From Candidatus Hodarchaeota archaeon (GTDB lineage: Archaea; Asgardarchaeota; Heimdallarchaeia; Hodarchaeales; Hodarchaeaceae), in contig JAEOTC010000231.1 in assembly GCA_016840035.1 (NCBI GenBank), positions 1-18,819 of the forward strand: a stretch of DNA of 18,819 nucleotides. Reading direction: 5' to 3'. A program made the translations under genes and the position numbers. Positions 16,424 through 18,819 of this stretch are shown in pieces. Position 1 is the stretch's first letter, and every line of letters begins with the position of its first letter. The notes beneath the pieces are model-generated. The model had not been told where the DNA came from and ran no database searches. It worked only from the letters and a program-made list of their open reading frames with translations.

Positions 16424-17855
16424 ATCTTCGTCGTTTCAAGATTACGGGTACCGCGGCAAGGAATCCTACTGCAATTACAACAGTAGTAATGTCAAATCCA
16501 GGCGCTGCACCTCCACCAAAGCTTCCAGGTTCATAATCTGTTAACACTGGAGGAGCAACCGATTCTGCTGATAGAGTTTGGACATGTTTAGCAATTAAGA
16601 AACCAAAAGTCTCTGAGGTTGGTCGATCATCTTGCCAAATTTCTGCAATGTACATCTCTGACAATCCTTGGTGATCTTCAGGCCTAAGTCGTGTTGGACC
16701 TTTTGGAGTAGTAATTGTCAGATTACTCTCAAGGTGATTTATCATATCTCCTACATCAAGATCTTTGACTTCACTAGTAACATCGACAATAAATTGAGCG
16801 GTACCAAAGCCAGATGCGGTGAATAATTCAGGAACTTTGTAATTGAGTCCAAAAGCACCATTAGGTTTGATATTTCTGGTTTTATGTTCGGCTACCATCC
16901 AATCATTGACATCGTTGTCTGGAAGTTCATAACCATATACACAAAGACCTGTACCTCCAACAAGAGTGCTATTTCCTCCAAAGCTAGCCTCAATAGCATT
17001 CATAGAGAATATATCGATAACAGCACCAGAAACATTCATTGAGTTGTAGATTGCAAATGTTTCCATGTCTTTGTATAGATTCGTAAAGTCTCCAGCCCAG
17101 ATTATAAACAAGGCATCAATACCAAATATCGCATCAGCGGTAATTAAATTAGTTAATGCTGCGGAAAAGTCAGTAGCAAATAAACTGGCATATTGAATGC
17201 TAGTAACACTTCCACCTTTTTCCTCAATAACTGCCTTCATGGTTTCTACTCCAGAATATCCGAAAGAATAGTCTGCAGCAAGAAAAGCACATTTTTTAGC
17301 ACCAATAGTGTCCATCATATAGCTTACACCAGTTTTCGCATCGTGCCAATTATTTCGTGCAATTCTGAAGATATAAGGATTGAAGTTATCAGCAGTTAAT
17401 GATGCATCTGCAGCTGGCCCCATGAAGAATAAAGTCTCATATTCCTCTGCGATTGGTGCAATTGCACCAGCAACACTGCTATATGTTGCACCAGCAAGAA
17501 TATCCATCTGATCAGTTTCAATGGCTTGAACAGCTAAAGTAGCTGCATCTGTAACGGAACCTTTCGTATCATAGTATGTAATCTCATATGGTCGACCCGC
17601 AGGTGTCGCATTTGTTCCATCAGTTGCATAATCAAGCCCCAATTCGAATCCTTGAATTGACCAAGGTGCGTAGAACGACAAGGAGGCGGTCGTCATTGGC
17701 GCAAAATACCCAATCTTAATTGGGTCATCAGCCGCAGCCTTTTCTGTCACAGCTGTTAATGGAACAACTGTCATAAGTGGAGCTACAGCCAATATGGCCA
17801 AGATAAATAACATAGAATAATTCTTTTTCATATTCATTTCATTCCTCCAAATCAT
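16422..17855 (-). CDS. HAAT/LivJ-K-fold (type 1 periplasmic binding) solute-binding protein with signal peptide and C-terminal PGF-CTERM-like anchor
   Basis: MKKNYSMLFILAILAVAPL signal peptide; IKIG...GFELGLDYAT, YIFRIARN, LAADYSFG, RPEDHQ motifs; tail APGFDITTVVIAVGFLAAVPVILKRRR. Likely start ATG 17837, 6 nt after GGAGG. Confidence 0.92.
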   Translation of the reverse strand: MIWRNEMNMKKNYSMLFILAILAVAPLMTVVPLTAVTEKAAADDPIKIGYFAPMTTASLSFYAPWSIQGFELGLDYATDGTNATPAGRPYEITYYDTKGSVTDAATLAVQAIETDQMDILAGATYSSVAGAIAPIAEEYETLFFMGPAADASLTADNFNPYIFRIARNNWHDAKTGVSYMMDTIGAKKCAFLAADYSFGYSGVETMKAVIEEKGGSVTSIQYASLFATDFSAALTNLITADAIFGIDALFIIWAGDFTNLYKDMETFAIYNSMNVSGAVIDIFSMNAIEASFGGNSTLVGGTGLCVYGYELPDNDVNDWMVAEHKTRNIKPNGAFGLNYKVPELFTASGFGTAQFIVDVTSEVKDLDVGDMINHLESNLTITTPKGPTRLRPEDHQGLSEMYIAEIWQDDRPTSETFGFLIAKHVQTLSAESVAPPVLTDYEPGSFGGGAAPGFDITTVVIAVGFLAAVPVILKRRR

Positions 17856-17896
17856 AGTGATTTGGGAAAGACGAGCTCTTCAAAATATGAACTTAC

Positions 17897-17904
17897 TATA
17901 TAAA
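17897..17904 (-). promoter_or_regulatory. TATA box (TTTATATA) of the transporter/acyl-CoA operon
   Basis: Consensus archaeal TATA on the minus strand, about 60 nt upstream of the likely start codon, leaving room for a short leader carrying the GGAGG SD. Confidence 0.65.
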
Positions 17905-17919
17905 TCTTATGGGAATTGA

Positions 17920-17947
17920 TATTACAGAAATGGGTATTACAAAAATG
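17920..17947. repeat. Direct repeat TATTAC(A)(G/A)AAATG x2, 15-bp period
   Basis: TATTACAGAAATG (17920-17932) and TATTACAAAAATG (17935-17947), 12/13 identical. Confidence 0.6.
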
Positions 17948-18011
17948 ATATCTCTTGTATTGTGTCATAAAAGAGTGAGATTTAATTTTCTACTAGAAAG
18001 AGAAAGGATTA

Positions 18012-18034
18012 TTGATTATTACTTAAATAATCAA
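18012..18034. promoter_or_regulatory. Perfect inverted repeat TTGATTATT-N5-AATAATCAA, candidate operator
   Basis: 9-bp arms at 18012-18020 and 18026-18034 in the divergent intergenic region. Confidence 0.55.
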
Positions 18035-18041
18035 GTTTAGT

Positions 18042-18053
18042 AAAAGTTATAAA
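18042..18053 (+). promoter_or_regulatory. Putative BRE/TATA (AAAAG TTATAAA) for the wHTH gene
   Basis: TTATAAA at 18047-18053 preceded by a purine run, between two palindromes. The region is AT-rich, so chance matches are possible. Confidence 0.35.
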
Positions 18054-18075
18054 GTTTAAGTTACGACAAAAATAG

Positions 18076-18091
18076 TTAAGTATGTACTTAA
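18076..18091. promoter_or_regulatory. Palindrome TTAAGTA-TG-TACTTAA, candidate operator
   Basis: 7-bp perfect arms at 18076-18082 and 18085-18091. Confidence 0.5.
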
Positions 18092-18190
18092 GACAGTAAA
18101 AGAACCTAAAAATCTAATAAAAAAAACCAATTTTTCGGGTTTAAAATTCTGACAATATATTCAGGTATGTATACGAGGTGACATGATAGA

Positions 18191-18799
18191 TTGCCAATCA
18201 TGTTAGATGAAATTTTCAAACCTAAATCCCTTACTAAAAAGGGAGTTCCTTCAATCAAAATAGTTGCGGGAATAATAGGAAATTGTTGGATTAAACCCAT
18301 GAAAAACCGTGAAATTGCAAATAAACTATCAGTGAGTGACGCTGTCATATCAGATGCAGTTAATAACCATTTAAAAAGGGCAGAAGTTCTTGTAATAGAA
18401 CCTTCTTCATCCGAAAAACGATTTAAGAATAATTTAAATTTTCTTGGTATTGTGGAATATTTTAGTGAGATTTCTGATTGGAAAGGAGATCAAAATGAAA
18501 TTGTGTCTGCTATTTTATTTAATCGTAAATCAGTGGGAAAATCATTTATTGATTCATTTGTTCTTGGAAAAGCGTATGAATATGGTTTAAATAAGGTTTC
18601 CCATCTCTATAAAACGATTCCTGAGCTATTATTTCTACTTATCATGAGTCTTGATGCAACTGCCCCTAAAAATCAAGTTTATCTCCATTTCTTACGAAGT
18701 GTTTATCGTTCAATCATGCTTAAGGCTCAAGAGGATCATCCTGAGCTTGTTTATGTGTGGTCAGGACTAACGTGGTTCATGATGGACTTTGATAGTTAG
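18191..18799 (+). CDS. Putative winged helix-turn-helix DNA-binding protein with uncharacterised C-terminal domain
   Basis: PMKNREIANKLSVSDAVISDAVNNHLKRAEVLVIE fits an ArsR/TrmB-like wHTH; GAGGTGA SD at 18175-18181 before TTG 18191; divergent from the operon. Confidence 0.65.
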   Translation: MPIMLDEIFKPKSLTKKGVPSIKIVAGIIGNCWIKPMKNREIANKLSVSDAVISDAVNNHLKRAEVLVIEPSSSEKRFKNNLNFLGIVEYFSEISDWKGDQNEIVSAILFNRKSVGKSFIDSFVLGKAYEYGLNKVSHLYKTIPELLFLLIMSLDATAPKNQVYLHFLRSVYRSIMLKAQEDHPELVYVWSGLTWFMMDFDS

Positions 18800-18819
18800 G
18801 AGTAATCATTCACTCTAGA

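Noticed and set aside
486-17399. Short opposite-strand or alternate-frame ORFs in the track (e.g. 680-1171, 1729-2103, 10086-10358, 11903-12184, 16350-16544)
   Set aside because: They overlap well-supported genes and have no recognisable motifs; treated as shadow ORFs.
9218-17855. True branched-chain amino acid importer
   Set aside because: The family assignment is sound, but the substrate cannot be read from sequence and the context points to an organic acid or acyl compound. The liv symbols are family labels only.
18183-18206. 7-codon uORF (MIDCQSC) overlapping the wHTH start
   Set aside because: The ATG is 1 nt from the SD, too close for efficient initiation; TTG 18191 fits better.
18106-18348. 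80-aa minus-strand ORF
   Set aside because: It overlaps the better-supported wHTH gene and its SD, and has no recognisable motif.
1-18819. CRISPR arrays, tRNA/rRNA, IS elements, integrases
   Set aside because: No repeat-spacer periodicity, RNA-gene signatures or transposase/integrase ORFs were seen; the window is almost fully occupied by metabolic and transport genes.

Overview
AT-rich, apparently archaeal window. Evidence: TATA boxes, GGTGA/GGAGG Shine-Dalgarno (SD) sites, oligo-T terminators, and a PGF-CTERM-type anchored, sequon-rich solute-binding protein. An Asgard/Heimdallarchaeia-like host is my inference, not demonstrated. Left: tail of a probable bPH_2-type gene and a NatAB-like ABC-2 exporter (+), then a DMT/EamA permease and an M20 amidohydrolase (-). 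The main element is a 12-gene minus-strand cluster (about 4.9-17.9 kb). In order of transcription: binding protein, acyl-CoA ligase, KAS III-like enzyme B, MaoC/PhaJ hydratase, LivG, LivF, LivH, LivM, alpha/beta hydrolase, KAS III-like enzyme A, second acyl-CoA ligase, second alpha/beta hydrolase. Both FabH-fold enzymes keep the catalytic Cys but lack the His/Asn pair used for malonyl decarboxylation (one is Cys-Thr-Tyr, the other Cys plus GHxGxxD). The cluster has no ACP or ketoreductase, so it looks like an ACP-independent, CoA-dependent acyl uptake/transfer system rather than fatty-acid synthesis initiation. A divergent winged-HTH gene and palindromic operator candidates cap the cluster. 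One KAS III gene appears to start at CTG. No rRNA, tRNA, CRISPR or mobile element was seen.
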